Source: Schmidtea polychroa (lineage: Eukaryota). From it: a DNA stretch of 64,000 nt. A program made the translations under genes and the position numbers. Below the pieces are notes generated by a model, which was not told the origin of the DNA, did not search any database, and saw only the letters and a program-made list of their open reading frames with translations. The stretch spans positions 20,090,001 through 20,154,000 of the forward strand of contig CM097885.1 of NCBI GenBank assembly GCA_044892525.1. The letters run 5' to 3'. Below, piece after piece: positions 1 through 17,030 of the stretch (positions are counted from its first letter, which is position 1; each line of letters begins with the position of its first letter).

Positions 1-439
1 AAATAATAATAAAAGTAAAATACAGTTTATAAATATAAACATATAATGAAAAAATTATAAAATATAGCACACTAAATTTTAAAATCCTTTTGTAAAAATA
101 ACTACTTTTTAAAAAGTCAATTAAAGTTATTAAAATAAATAAATATATTTTAAAAATGTTAAATGATTGTTCAAACATGAATGTTGAAGCCTTTTCCGAT
201 GAAAATTATATATTTAATCTATTTTAATTTGAGTAGTTTTATCATGGAATATATATTTAGGACAATTTATTACAAAAAAGCTTTAAATTAATCATTATAT
301 AATAGAAATATAGTATTTTTATAATTATCTATACACTCATTACTTATTATTGAGATATAATATAGTTCAAATGAAAGAATGACGATTCATATAAATATGA
401 TCTTTCAATAGAAATATCTAAATACATAATTTTCTATGT

Positions 440-775
440 AACAACGTGTAGATGTAAACCTATCCCGACTCTTACATCACAACTATAGCCAACTGTCCAT
501 CCCTAACTCTCACACCCCTTGTCGACTGACACTAGTGCACTGACATTTCCTGACTCTCATATTACAGTTTTCGTCAACTATCGTTCAAATATCCCAACTT
601 TCGTATCACAGATACTGACCAATTAAAATCCCTAACAGCCCTCGTCAATTTTCACTCGATCACTAGCATTTCCAGACTCTCAAATCACAGATTTCGTCAA
701 ACCTCATTCAAATTCCCTGACTTTCGTATCACAAATATATCTAACTGACCAGTTGAAGTCGACTCTCATATTATG
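440..775. repeat. Degenerate tandem repeat region (motif like GACTCTCAtATCACAGtTTTCGTCAA)
   Basis: Recurring variants of cgactctcatattacagttttcgtcaa / actttcgtatcacagatactgacc. Confidence 0.5.
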
Positions 776-1477
776 AAATTTTTTAAACTTTCATTATCTA
801 ATAAATCATCTAATTCATTATAACAAAATAATAAACATTATGTATCTGATTACATAATTATGTATCCTATGTTATATATATTATGTAAAACCCGTGGTCA
901 CAACACAATATGTGATTACATCACCATTCGCTGTCTTAGGTTTATGTAATACACACAGGGTCTAATGACATAGAAAGCTCATTGCATCCTACTACATTAT
1001 TAGTTATGTTTTTAAAAAGACCATTTTTGAGTAGAATTGTGTTTTGATTTATACACTGAGGACATAGAAATAACTAATTATATAAAAATGAAATTTAAAC
1101 ATGAAAAAGGCCGTCATTTTGACGGGTTATAGATAGCATTTCCATATTTAATACTGATCTTGTGATTGGAATTCAAAAAGTCCCATTTCAAAATTGATGA
1201 GATTAATTTTAAATAATTTCACTATTAATTTTGCAATGTTTAATTTTTAAAAACTTTAAGATTAAAAATCAAAGAAATTGATAAGTCTTTTAAAGTTGAT
1301 AAAAGCTTGCTGAAATTGTTCGAGTTGTATAATAATTATGAAAATACTATAGGAATAATGAGGATTAATAATTCTAGGAAAATTATTTTAGTGTAAATTA
1401 AATGAAAAATGAAATTATTCCCTATTTTAATCGTCATTGGTGTAAGAACATGAAACTAATTCGTAGAATATATTTAT

Positions 1478-1838
1478 TGAAAGCGACAACAAATTTACCG
1501 ATCATAGAAATATCTGCGCCAGCAGTCAAGGCTCTCATGCGACCTGATCTGTGGATTGTGCTAATATTGTTGATGAGTTCAGCTTTGGTCATACTGACTC
1601 CAGTATCGTACAATGTCAAATTATTGGAATCTTTTTTCTATAATAACTTTAATCATTAGATCCTTTTGGACATCCAAGACTGATGGATCAGTCAAGCTCT
1701 TGTAACAAACTTTATCAAGGGCATCAATGGCGTTGAAAATCAATTCTTTAAGGAATATATCTTTGTTTTAATATGTGTTGATGATTGAGATCATCAACCA
1801 AGAGATCTCAGCTTGGAAAGCTATGGTTTCAGCTTCAC
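1478..1838 (-). pseudogene. HSP90: HSP90 N-terminal ATPase domain pseudogene fragment (intronless, stop and frameshift)
   Basis: Reads [54 protein letters not shown], then after a frameshift [21 protein letters not shown]...[15 protein letters not shown]. This matches the HSP90 motifs ETFAFQAEI, FLRELISN and [13 protein letters not shown]. Confidence 0.88.
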
Positions 1839-2459
1839 GAATGATTGATATATTTTAATATATTTTTAATGAGAAATAACAGTGGCGATGTTCGAAAGAA
1901 GCATGCATGAATTAAGTGAATTTTTTTGAATACTTAAACAGTCATTTTAATTGAATTAATTCAATAGTGTATTTTAAATTTAATTATTAAATTAATATAT
2001 TTTTTAAGTTGAAAGTCATAGGCACTACAATGGGCTTATCAATCATAATAATTTTCCCTTTAAATTCAAAGTTACTTTAGTTTCAAATAAATGTGTTCTA
2101 AAAATAAGTATTAAGAATTTACTTTATATACAGAATTTTCATGCACATGAATTTTTATTTTTGTTATATCTCCCAGTTTAGGAAAACCTTCTGCAGCAAT
2201 TCCACTTTTTCGTTTTGCAAACCGTTTTTTACGTTTTGCTTTCGGATTATTAGTTACTTCTAAAATATTAAAAATTTGAGAGTCAATAATATTTTAGAGT
2301 CATAAAAATATCAACTAGAGCAATATAGTATTCGAAGCCATCTTTAAGTTAATTATTCATTATTTAATAAATAAATCATTTAAGAAACTAAGATCGCCTT
2401 TTAGGTTATTCTTAAAAAGCAAATAAAAATAACCATTTCGGTAAACAATTAATATTGTT

Positions 2460-5424
<2,965 letters not shown>

Positions 5425-5754
5425 ATTGGTATTTTTTTATTAATATTTAATCCTAATTTTGTTCAGACTTCTTCAAAGTAATCTAGTAAGGAAATTTAGT
5501 TTAATGTTCAAAAAAAATGAATTTTGAATATTAACAGAGCATTTTCTAATAATTACTGGCTTTCAAGGAAAAAAAGATGCAAATTTATAGCAAATTCGAT
5601 TATCCAATAAAAAATTCTTTTAATTACATACTGTCAAAATAAGATAATAAACACTTGTATTATATTTAAAACCATAAAATATGCTAATTTGTTACACGTA
5701 TAAACATTACATGTAAAGCAAAAACATTAATAAAGAAAAAATAGAAATAATTAC

Positions 5755-6001
5755 CTATTAATTTTGGTTCGCCCATTTCTATAGTAAAGTCCTTATCTTT
5801 TGAATATTCTCCACAATCTATTATTTCAACATTGATGGCTTTGCTAATAGAAAATTCATACAAATGGTTAAAAATAACATATATCATACAATATTTCTTC
5901 GTTTTTGAAATACAATTTAGCACTATTAACAATGAAGTCAACATTTTCTTTAGCTTCTCCTTCTATAGTTTTGAATGGAATTCTAACAATTCCCCTGGAA
6001 C
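5755..6001 (-). CDS. NCX: Na+/Ca2+ exchanger exons 8-9 (6001-5890, 5843-5755), Ca-binding domain 2; gene continues toward or beyond the window start
   Basis: Spliced GSRGIVRIPFKTIEGEAKENVDFIVNSAKLYFKNEEIF/KAINVEIIDCGEYSKDKDFTIEMGEPKLIG (Calx-beta); 46-bp GT-AG intron; phases consistent. Confidence 0.88.
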
Positions 6002-6503
6002 CTGAAAATCCAAATATAACAATTAGTTAGTAAAATCAGCAGTTACATAATTCTAAAAATTTTGAACATAATAAATAATTAAATAATTTATTTAATTAAT
6101 TTAGATATATAATTTTCCATGTAACAATATATGACTGTAACTCTTTTTAAAGGTTTAAAAAGAATACTAATTGTAGTGCTTGAAACAAGCACTTTTAATT
6201 TTATTAAGTTTTTCTAATTATTTAAATTAAAATTACAAATGCGTTATTGTGTAATAAACAAAAATGGCCTTGTTTTTTAAATTGATCAAAAGAAAATTAA
6301 AAATGTATTTGCAAATCTGGAATCGCAACAATTTGTTTGCTTTTGTCAACTTCAGTCGCAGCAATATAACAAATACGAAACGAAAATTTTATTTCAGATT
6401 CCAACAGTTTCCATTCAAACCTTCAAAACTATATTGTATTAGTTAATAAATATATTTTAAATTCTTCAATTATTCTTATGCCATTACACTAATTAAGTAT
6501 TAG

Positions 6504-6579
6504 AGTAGATGGAAATGTCACCGCTGGACCAATCCCCCTGGAAAATATTTAGGTCGACTCCGAATTTTATGTAGGTTAA

Positions 6580-6667
<88 letters not shown>

Positions 6668-7233
6668 AATGCTTAATTTCCATGGAAATGAGATCCAAAG
6701 TCTCTAAATTAAAATATAGGTCACGCCATAATATAACATTTTCTACATATTATAAAACGAAGACAAACTGATATTATAGAATTAAAATCGTATGCTTTAA
6801 CACATGGCGAGATAGTGAATAATATCATCAAATACCATAATATAACAACTTTCATATATTATCAAACATAGATAAACTTACATTATAGAAATAAATTCGT
6901 ATTCCTTAACACATAGGGAAACAATGAACAAAAGCATAAGAAATAAACATGCAAATTTCTGAAAAATATTTATATATAATAGAAAATTACTTTTTCAATA
7001 ATAATACGATTTTAATTGTATGATATAAGTTTGTCTTAGTTTCATAATATATAGAAAATGTTATATTATGGTGTGACCTATATTTTAATTTAGAGACTTT
7101 GGAGCTTATTTCCATGGAAACTAAGCATTTTTTTATGTAATCACCTCATATATTTTCGTGACCTACATAAAATTCTGAGTCGACCCAAATATTTTCCAGG
7201 GGGTTTGGTATAACGGTAACACTTCCATCTACT
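6504..7233. mobile_element. Near-palindromic MITE-like element with AGTAG...CTACT termini and an internal (TA)n tract
   Basis: AGTAGATGGAAATGTCACCG...CGGTAACACTTCCATCTACT; inner arms about 6664-6760 and 7040-7131 are also reverse complements; no clear TSD. Confidence 0.7.
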
Positions 7234-8552
7234 TTTTTTTTAACATAAAAGTTTTTTATATAAATATTTTATATAAATGTGTCAGGTCTTGCGAATCACT
7301 TTAATAATGTAAATATTTACTTCTATATAAACAAGAAAAAATAAATTTATTATAATTACTCTTTATTACTTAAAATTTTCTTATTACCCGTTTCATAGTT
7401 TTTTAAAAGATAATTTGTGTTTTGATTTATAAACTGCTGGGACATAAAAATAATTAATAATAAATTAATTAATAATTATTGTGAAATGTTTGGTGTAGGT
7501 GTGTCAGCTATGAAAAATTACCAGCAGAATTTCAGACATTGGAAAATTATTTTGCATTAAAAAACTATTTGAACATTTGTTTTAAAAGATTAGTTATATG
7601 ATGTCACGAAATAATCACGAATAATCACGATATGACATTTATACAAAGGTTTTTTCGAAAAATATTTATTTTTAATTTCTTTATCAACTTCATTTTAGAC
7701 TTTTTCTTGACAATAAGATTTTTAATACCGTATCCGTTGATAAACTATCTAATACTAATTTATGCAAAACTTTTCCTTAAACTATTAATCATAGAATCTT
7801 TGAGTGATGATGCACTGAAAATTCTTTTGCAACTAATGTACTTTGGTCGTTTCGTTTGGGGATATTTTTGTTATTAAGCGCTGAACGAATAAAACATATA
7901 CAACTGACACGGCAATTACCATGTTAATTAATCGAAAATGATTCTTTTTAAACCCAAAAATGTTCAATATTTATAAATATTTCATTTTTATGTATATTGT
8001 GTTCTAAATTTAGTTTTCTTAAACAAACCCTTTATAAACAAATCTGCTTTGACTTTAAAAAATGTCGATTTTTTTCTTTTTATAAATACTTTCATATATT
8101 TTGAAAAAATGAATAAATTTCAACATAAATAATTCTATTATAGCTTCTTTTCTTCAAATTTGTCCATTGTATTTATTAAGAAAGATTGACTATGAATCAG
8201 TAAATATATCAAAAACATCGATATATTTACTGATTCATATTCAAGCTTTCTTAAAAAATAAATAATTCTGTATATAAATGGGCTTATTTAGTTTTCATAA
8301 AATTTGCAAATTTCTATATTTTCATTTCACTTTGTTTATTTTTATATATTTAACACTAATTTTCGTCAATCTTTAAAATTCTAATTCGGTTTTAAGTTTG
8401 TAACAAACATTTTAAGCTAATTTTCAATATAAATACACATTAATTAAATTATAAATTAATTCAAAGATAGTTAAAACTTTTATAATCTAAAATATCATGC
8501 ATAAATTTTGGATTTTTTTGATTTCACTTTCGTCAAAAATTTAGTCAAGTAC

Positions 8553-8713
8553 CTGTCGTTCTGGTAATACCGATCAAAATTGAGCCGCAAGATTCATTGA
8601 TATGAGCGACATCAGTTTCAAAATTAAACGTTCCACAATGATCATCATCGAGAATCATGATGGTTGCCCGGTTTACTTTAGATATTTCATATTTATAATT
8701 TAGTGATTTCTGT
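8553..8713 (-). CDS. NCX: Na+/Ca2+ exchanger exon 7 (CBD1/CBD2 junction)
   Basis: QKSLNYKYEISKVNRATIMILDDDHCGTFNFETDVAHINESCGSILIGITRTTG matches NCX ATVTIFDDDHAGIFTF; AG/GT boundaries and phases fit the neighbours. Confidence 0.9.
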
Positions 8714-9248
8714 CTAAAGTTTTGTCAAAATAAAAAAATTCAAATAATTTTTTCATAAATATAATAAAAAAAGGTTTATACCGTTAAAAATGTCAATATG
8801 AATGACTGACCGGAGGTTTTGTGATATTTCTAGTCGATTAATCACGGAAATTATTTTTATTAAATAAGAAACTTTTAGTATTTAATAAAGGGTTTTATTA
8901 ATTGACAATATAAATATTAATAATAATGTTTTTCTGATTTAAATGAATGCGAAAGTTTTATTTACAGTTCAACTTCAGTTTATATCTAATGCTATGCAAA
9001 ATTGTAAACTCATTAAAAATGTTATGCGAAAGAAAAAAGGTTGAGAATCACTATATTATTTGGGATAAAAATAAGATAATTATGGAAAATAAAATTATAA
9101 AATTTCTATTAATCAATGCTAAATATTTAATATAAACGAGAGAAATTGGAAAAAACTAAAAATCAAATTAATTTATTTACTAGATGTCTGTTGAGGTGCT
9201 GGGGGAAATCGTTGAAGAAATTTAAACCAATATGAAATATATCGAAAG

Positions 9249-9490
<242 letters not shown>

Positions 9491-10980
9491 AAATGCATTT
9501 CAAAATTTTAACTGTAAACAGAATATTTTGAAAAATAGAAAAAACCGAAAATAAAAATCCGGATCCCATAAATATCAAAACATTCCACTCTCACTCATTT
9601 AAAACTCAACAATAATAAATCAATCAAAAATCCACATAAAATTAAAATAAAATAAATTAGAGTTAAATTATTCAATTTTTTAATCTAGAATAAAACTTCA
9701 CTGCTATTCTGTGGTTGAAAAAAGAAAAAGAAAAAAAATTATCAATAACTTTATAAACTAAAAAAGAGAAATTTTCTATTTCCACACCAAATCATCAGTG
9801 TGAATTTCAGTGGACCATGAAAGAATTTTTATTTCTACTTATTCAAAAAGTAACAAATTCGTTCGGAAAAATAAATTTTTTTGTTTTGTCGATAATAAAT
9901 TCTTTCAACACAACTTTAGACAATTATATTTTTTACATGAAAAGAACAGTTTTTGGAAATTTTTTCTCATCTAAAAATATATCTAGTACCTTTTTAAAAT
10001 CAAAACAATATTTTATTTTTAGCTTATATAATAATGAATTTAATTAATTCAATGTTTTGTTCAAATCAGAATTTGATCGCTTGAAGTCAAGGTCGAATGT
10101 CGATGAGATTAAATATCCCAGTTGAAAGACATTGTTTTAATTTTTGGATCAGATCAAATCTGTTTTGAGATTTAAATTGCGTTTATCAGTAAAATTCATC
10201 ATATTTTTGGTTATCTTTGGCCTTTTTTTTGATGATATTTCATTTATTTTCATTTTGAAAAAATGATAAAAAAGTATTTGTATTATTATATTCATCACAT
10301 GTTTATTGTTATGACTTGAATTGGTTTGTATATAATAATAACAATTATGTGATCTTTTGTCAAAATGAAAATAAATGAAATAAGATCGAGTTTATCTCTC
10401 AATTTGGATAACTTTAAAAAATTAAATTAACAATCAGTAGGTGTAACATTCAGTACGTACCGGGAGCACTTATTAGAGATTAAATTTACACAAAACTATT
10501 TCGTGCTAATTAATAGTTTTCAACAAGTCTATTTATTGTAATCGTTCTTTAAGTTTGCTAGCTTCATAACTTATATAAAAAATTAAATTAAAATTAATTA
10601 TTATATTATAAAAATAATTTATTTGTAAATTTTTCCAATGAATAAGCAAATAAAGTTTTCGAGTTAGTGAAACCTTTAGAAAAGCCATAGAAATGAACTA
10701 TTTTTACTGAATGAAATGAGTCGCTTATCATGAAAGTGTGAGATGTTCATTTTTTGTTATAATGAGATATGTAAGGATTTCTGTTTCAATGAAAAAATAA
10801 GCTTTAGCAGCCAATTTTGCGTATTTTATGGTTATAAATAATATAAATATATAAATTTAATTTCTAGTGTTTATTAAAGATGTCTGAAGAAAATAAAAAA
10901 AATCGCTATACTCAAAATAGATTTGTTTGTCTTTGACAATAAAAGACTCAAATAAAATATATAAAATTTAATTATAATAA

Positions 10981-13071
10981 TAAGAAATCGCCACTCAAAC
11001 AATCGTTCCATGATATATTTCGACAGTTTTCCTGTCATCATCAAGAAGGGTATAATAACTATAGGAATTGTAAATTTTTGTTATAAATTTATTAATTATA
11101 TTAATTATATCTATTTTTTAATAAAAATAGTTTATTCTTTAAAAATTATAAAAATTATAATTCAGATAATATATTATTTTTTTTAATTTTAGCAATTTGT
11201 CTTTCAAGTAAAGATGTGTAAATAATACATAAAAGAATGTTAAAAAGAATGTTAGAATCAGAGAAGATAAGGAGAACATCCTTGGATAAAAAACTATTAA
11301 ATATTGGATATAATTAGCAGGTATGTGTTGAATGGTGTATTAAAAATTCAACTTCTCAGTTAAAATCCAAAAAGAATGCTCATATTAATAAATTTAAAAA
11401 TTTGAGAAAATTATTTGGGATCTCTAAATTTAGTGTAGAGAATACAATAATAAACATGAGTAAAGTTGTTTTTTATTTAAAGAGAAGGATCATATTTTGA
11501 AATTTGGTTCCAATCATTGCATTAAGAAAAGAATTATGTGCTAAGATAGAAAGTTTATACTTTCATACACATCGATAGATGAAGGATTAGTATACTAATT
11601 ATATGAAGAGTGTGTTGAGTTTGAGTACGATGAAGTATGTAGATAAAAATAAAAAGCAGAATATTTAATATTTTTCTGTATTAAAATATGTAGCCAAGAA
11701 AGACATCGATATATGCAAGTTTGACAAAGGAAATGGATTGGTAATTCCTGATCATGATATATATGTGAATAAGCTTAATGATGTTGAGAATGCTCCTTAG
11801 TTCGTGAAAGTACAGATTTTTCGGAAGAATGGAATATTGGCTCCTCTTAAGGCTGTAAACTCGTTTACAATGATATTGAATAAATTAATTAAAAATAAGC
11901 AAATTGATGAAAATTTCTTTAAATCTATTCGCACAATGGAGTCACAACCAGCAAAAATGTATGGACTGTCAATAATTCATAAAGATGGTGTACATATGAA
12001 ACCGGTTTTATCTATGGTTGATACTACCCAGTAAGAAATAGCCAAATATTTTGATGTATACAATCGGAGTTTTAATGTAAAGACAGATTTGAGGTTGTTT
12101 CTTGGATTGCACAATATGATAGACAATGTGTGGATGAAATTATTGTTTCTTTGATATTTGTAGTCTGTTTCCGAATGTACCATTGGTTGAAACTATTGAT
12201 TTATGTGGCTTGTAATGGAATGAAAACATCTCTGAACATCATATTTTAGATGAAGGGTATTTCATGAACTTCTCGAATTTCCTACTTCAAAAGTAAATTT
12301 TCATTTCAATAATGAATGATATCAACAAATAGATTGAGTTGTTATGGGTCATCTTTTAGCACCAACGATGGCTTCAATTTTTTTGGCAAGCTTAGAAATT
12401 GATTTGTTCCTATTTATGAAACCTACTGTTTATAAACGGTATGTGGATGACATTTTTCTTATATTTGAAAATCAGAGGCCTGTTGAGCCGTTTTTGCATT
12501 ATATAAATAGTCCACATAAGAGCATTGTATTCACTTGTGAAACAAATAAAAAATAATCACTCGCTTTCTTGGATCTGTTAATGCAACGCAAAGAGAAACA
12601 TTATGAGACAGATTTATAGAAAACCAACTGATACTGGTCTTTATACTTCATCCGAAATTTTCGTGAATTCAAGTTTAAGAGAATTATGTTAAAGGGATTG
12701 ATTTATCGTTCATGCTCTTGGAACCGAAATTTAATGTGCAAAATGAAGTGAATACTTGATTTTTTATAAATAGATTTTTCATAAATTATATATATGGATT
12801 GTTGTTATTAAATTACCTAATTATTAAATTTGATTATTTTAAATTTTAATATTTTAAAATTTCTTTTTTTAGTTGATACAATTAAAAAAATGATTTATTA
12901 ATTAAATTATAATTTTTAAAATGTTTAAAGAATAAAATATTTTTTTATTAAAAAAATGATAATTAATAAGTTTCTTCAAAAATCTATAATTTCTAGTAGT
13001 TATTATATTCTACCTGATGATGACAAGAAAACTGTATATCGCGAAACGAATGTTTGATTAGCGCTTTCTTA
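10981..13071 (+). mobile_element. Degenerate Penelope-like retroelement (RT pseudogene) flanked by inverted pseudo-LTR copies
   Basis: Fragments KFDKGNGLVI, PAKMYGLSIIHKDGVHMKPVLS, MGHLLAPTMASIFL, YKRYVDDIF, RKPTDTGLY with stops; 10981-11050 is an inverted copy of 13008-13071. Confidence 0.85.
11006..11050 (-). ncRNA. Degenerate minimal type I hammerhead ribozyme motif in the PLE pseudo-LTR
   Basis: Minus strand TTGATGA-T-GACAG-GAAAA-CTGTC-GAAA-TATA-TC; the partner copy at 13014 keeps CTGATGA but has lost the core GAAA. Confidence 0.6.
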
Positions 13072-13075
13072 TAAT

Positions 13076-13142
<67 letters not shown>

Positions 13143-13303
13143 TTAATAATAATAATAATAAAAATAATAATATAAATTAATAATAAAATTATGATATAAA
13201 TTACAGCAACATGAGCCACTAAATAGAAAACAATTAAATTATTTTCAAAATTATAATAAATTCCATGAAAAAAGTAATAATGAAATATAAATAATTATTT
13301 TAC

Positions 13304-13734
13304 CCATTTATAACCACCAAGTTAAAAAGTAGGACAGTAAAATATTCTTGGTCTTCATAAACTTCATCATCTATCACATCTATTGAAATTTCCTTTTCGC
13401 ATTCATTGGCTTTAAAGACTAAGGTTCCACTAGTTTCAATATAGTCAATTCCTGCCAAGGCAGTGCCATCTTCAGTTTTGTAATCGACCTGTAAAAGATA
13501 ATTTTTCTGACCGGTCCAATTTTTAAATAGATCATACAAATACAGTACTCCCCATAAACCCGCCAGCTCGTTTTACAATTACTTGAATTTGTCCGGCATC
13601 CTCCATTACGGTATAATGAACGGGATCGAAGAAAATCCTTTGTATTTTAGAATCAGCTATACTGCCACTGTGTGATTCTTCCAAGAAATTAGTTTTCAGT
13701 TTGGAAAGACTATTACGAAATACATTTCCTCCGC
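13304..13734 (-). CDS. NCX: Na+/Ca2+ exchanger exons 5-6 (13734-13538, 13488-13304), Ca-binding domain 1
   Basis: GGGNVFRN...RIFFDPVHYTVMEDAGQIQVIVKRAGGFMGSTVF/VDYKTEDGTALAGIDYIETSGTLVFKANECEKEISIDVIDDEVYEDQEYF; 49-bp GT-AG intron. Confidence 0.92.
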
Positions 13735-13981
13735 CTTAATGATTATAAAAAATATGAAATATTAATACATTAAAAATGTATATTACATTTAAAAGTTATT
13801 AAATTATTTTTAAAATAAGCCTTTTCATAGCATTGTTAGATTACAATAGGCCAACATATTTTTTGAATAGCCACACAATTCTGACCAATAATCAAAAAAA
13901 ATTAAAATTTATTGTCAGTTTATAAAATTTAGTAATAATTCAACAGAAGCAACTTTTCGGATTCATATTATGGTATTGATT

Positions 13982-14727
13982 TGTCGGGTGTAAGTCCGAT
14001 TCACTGCCTGACTCCTCGGTGTCCTTTTATTAATCAAATCGAACCACCCAACCCAATAATATTTATTTGTAATTTTCACAATTACACCACTCTTCTTTTA
14101 TTACACATTTTACTGAAACAATCTCAATTTACACAACTTTAAATAAGTCTTTTTACTCTACACACTTTTCAATTCGAACCTGAACTTTGCGCAGAGATAA
14201 ATCTTCCAACAGAAGATCTCTTTTTCTGGTACGCTGGATTCAAAAAGATTTGGTTATCACTAAGTTAAATTTGCCTTTTCTTTCTTTCGCTATACTATAA
14301 GTTTTTTTTTCGACCTACTGGCCATTGTGTTTACTTGCCGGTCGGTTTTATACCCGTCTCGTAATTTTATATTCTCCTTATCAAATTACTTTGGATACTT
14401 TTCCCAGGGGTTCCTCTTACCCACCTAATTGGTTTAGGCAATTTATTCATTTTTTGATAGTTTTACACAATTTAATTACTCTTCGGCTAATTCGATTGCC
14501 TCTACCTAATTTTATTGACCACTCAGGTTTTCTATTAGTTAATTAATTTTAGTTTTTTGTAATTATTTCCTTCTAGGTACCCCTCATTAACTTTATTTTT
14601 ATTATATTTGAACTCGTCTCCTTGTTCGGCATCCGCCCATACTAGTTTCCCCGGAAAATACTCATTTTTAATTTATTTTAAGTTTTAATTAATATTGTTT
14701 ATGTTCCTGTTTCGTCGAACCCCAACA
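13982..14727 (-). mobile_element. Solo LTR (746 bp)
   Basis: TGTCGGG...CCCCAACA ends, 4-bp TSD GATT, homologous in reverse orientation to the solo LTR at 38072-38885. Confidence 0.8.
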
Positions 14728-15569
14728 GATTGTAACACTTGAAATTATGTGTTAAATGTAAAACTTGATCTATATTAAGTGATACGTGGTGAATAATTAT
14801 AGATATTTATTTTTATTAAACGAATCAATATTATATTGTTTGAGTATAAACATATTACGACAAGAATCTTTATAATTTAAGGCTATATATACTTATTTCT
14901 TCTCTGATAAAATATTTCATTTATAAGGTTTCTTTCCTATCTACGGTATCATCGAAACATATTATTACAATATCTATTTATAGTTCCAATAAAACCTTTA
15001 TTTTTAGAATTAAGTAATGCTCTACTATAAATACTCTACTACTCTACTCAATTATATCTCTAAAATTTAACGAACAATTTTGTTATTATGGTTTTCGTAC
15101 ACAATCATAGAACGTTTCTTTATGTCAAAATTGTTTTTCCTATACGACTGTAATTTTTTGAAATTTGCGCCTGTTGCGACATCTATTTTGTATAGGAAAA
15201 TAAAAACAAAAGATTATCAAATTGTATCATTGTTAATTCATATTTCAATTAAAAATCAGTGAAACACGGTGGAAATAACAAGAGATTCATGATTAAGATG
15301 TATTCAAATTCTATATATTTAAATTAATATATAATAATATAATATAATATTTATGAAATATGAGGCGATTATTTGATGGATATAATAAATGAATATGTGA
15401 GATAAACAAAAAGTTAACTTTTGTTTAAATATTCAATATTAAAATGTAGTTTATTTGAATACTTGAATTGAGCTTGTTGATTTATTTTTAGTGGTAAGTA
15501 TATTAAATATTTATTTAAGTATATACTTTATGTTCTTTAAGTATATTCTTTAAGTTATATACTCTAAGT

Positions 15570-15662
15570 CAAATTCACTTGAAAAAGCAGTGCCGAAAAT
15601 TCTTGAGTATCAACAAACATCGATATATTACTGATTTATAGTCTTCAAACTCTTTTTTTAAT
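15570..15662 (+). repeat. PLE pseudo-LTR fragment with a variant hammerhead-like motif (copy of 25276-25370)
   Basis: caaattcacttgaaaaagcagtgccgaaaattcttgagtatcaacaaacatcgatatattactgatttatagtc is nearly identical to the sequence at 25276. Confidence 0.6.
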
Positions 15663-16539
15663 AAACTTTAAGTTATATTTAAGAAATGCATTGAATGCAA
15701 GATACAAAATTAGCACTTGATAAATACTTAAAATTAATTATAAAAATTAAAGAAGCAACAAAGTTGTATCGTACTGTGATAGTCCTATATTTGTATTTAG
15801 TTAACGAATAATAAATGTGTTATTAATTTTTATTAGTTTCTGCATCAACTTTAAATTTTGTTCTTAGATGTATTAATTTAGTTTCACCCTTCCCTAAAGT
15901 TGAAATCCACTTTGTTTTTGACCAAAATCATTGATATGAGTACAGGTATGTTAAGTTCATATGGTTCTTATAGAACATTGGTTCATAATCCTTATAAGGT
16001 TAGGCCCGACATAATTACCACATCTGTTTTGTAGATCTCATCCATTCATCTATACCAGAAAACAGAAATCTTCCCTCATGGTGGGCCATAGCAACATAAC
16101 ATTTGCTCATGTCTTTTTGGTTCCCATTTTAAGTCGATTGTATTATTTTCACGTTTTTTGCTCAAATGATGCCTCAACATTGTTCATTATCGCCGACTAA
16201 AAATATCGTAATTTGGCCAAGTTTTGGAATAAATTTGTAATAAAAAGATAAATAAAATTAATTATAATGAATAAAGAATGAACTTGAATCTATTCCTGTC
16301 GAAGCCGTGTGATAAAGCTAGTTTATAAATATATAAATATTTGGATGTTTAATATATTAAAATTGAATGATAATATTGTTCAGAGTATTATTAATATGTA
16401 ATTAAATATTAATTTTTTTAAATATATTTTTAAAAACTTCTAAAATTTTTTAAACATTTTTATCTATAACTAGGATGCTTCATCTTTATCAACTGTGAAG
16501 AACTGAGTAAATACATTTAGAGGTGGTCGCACATAGTAG

Positions 16540-17030
16540 GTAGTTAGTAGCCCACTGCAGCACGACCATCCTGTACTCCCCCCGGAAAAACGTTTTGATT
16601 ATATAACTGCTGTAGTGGGCTACAGTTATTTTTCTGGGATCTTCAAATAGAAAAAAAATATTCAATGCAATTTTTTTGACTATAGTGATAGGGTCTCCTT
16701 TGTCCTGAAATTTTAAATACAAAAAAGGGTTCTCGCTAAAAAAGCATGAAATTTTCCAAATACAATTTGGGTCTCCTTGGGCCTGAGAATTTTAATACAA
16801 AATCCGACTATCACTAAAAACCCAGGATATTTTCAATACAAAAAGGGGGTCTACCTAAAAAAGCAAGGATTTTTCTAAGTATTTTTAAGGTGGGCTCCTT
16901 GGCCCTAAGAATTTCAATGCAAAATTCAATTATGACTAAAAAAGCATGGAATTTTCTAAGTATTATTGAGGTGAGGCTCCTTGGTCCTGAGAATTTCAAT
17001 ACAAAAATCAGTCTACACTAAAAAAGCATG
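16540..17030. repeat. Subterminal-like array of ~80-90 bp units, inverted relative to 29105-29480
   Basis: Units aaaaaagcaWgRatttt...gggKctccttggNcctRagaatttYaatacaaaa; reverse-complement units at 29105-29330. Confidence 0.55.
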
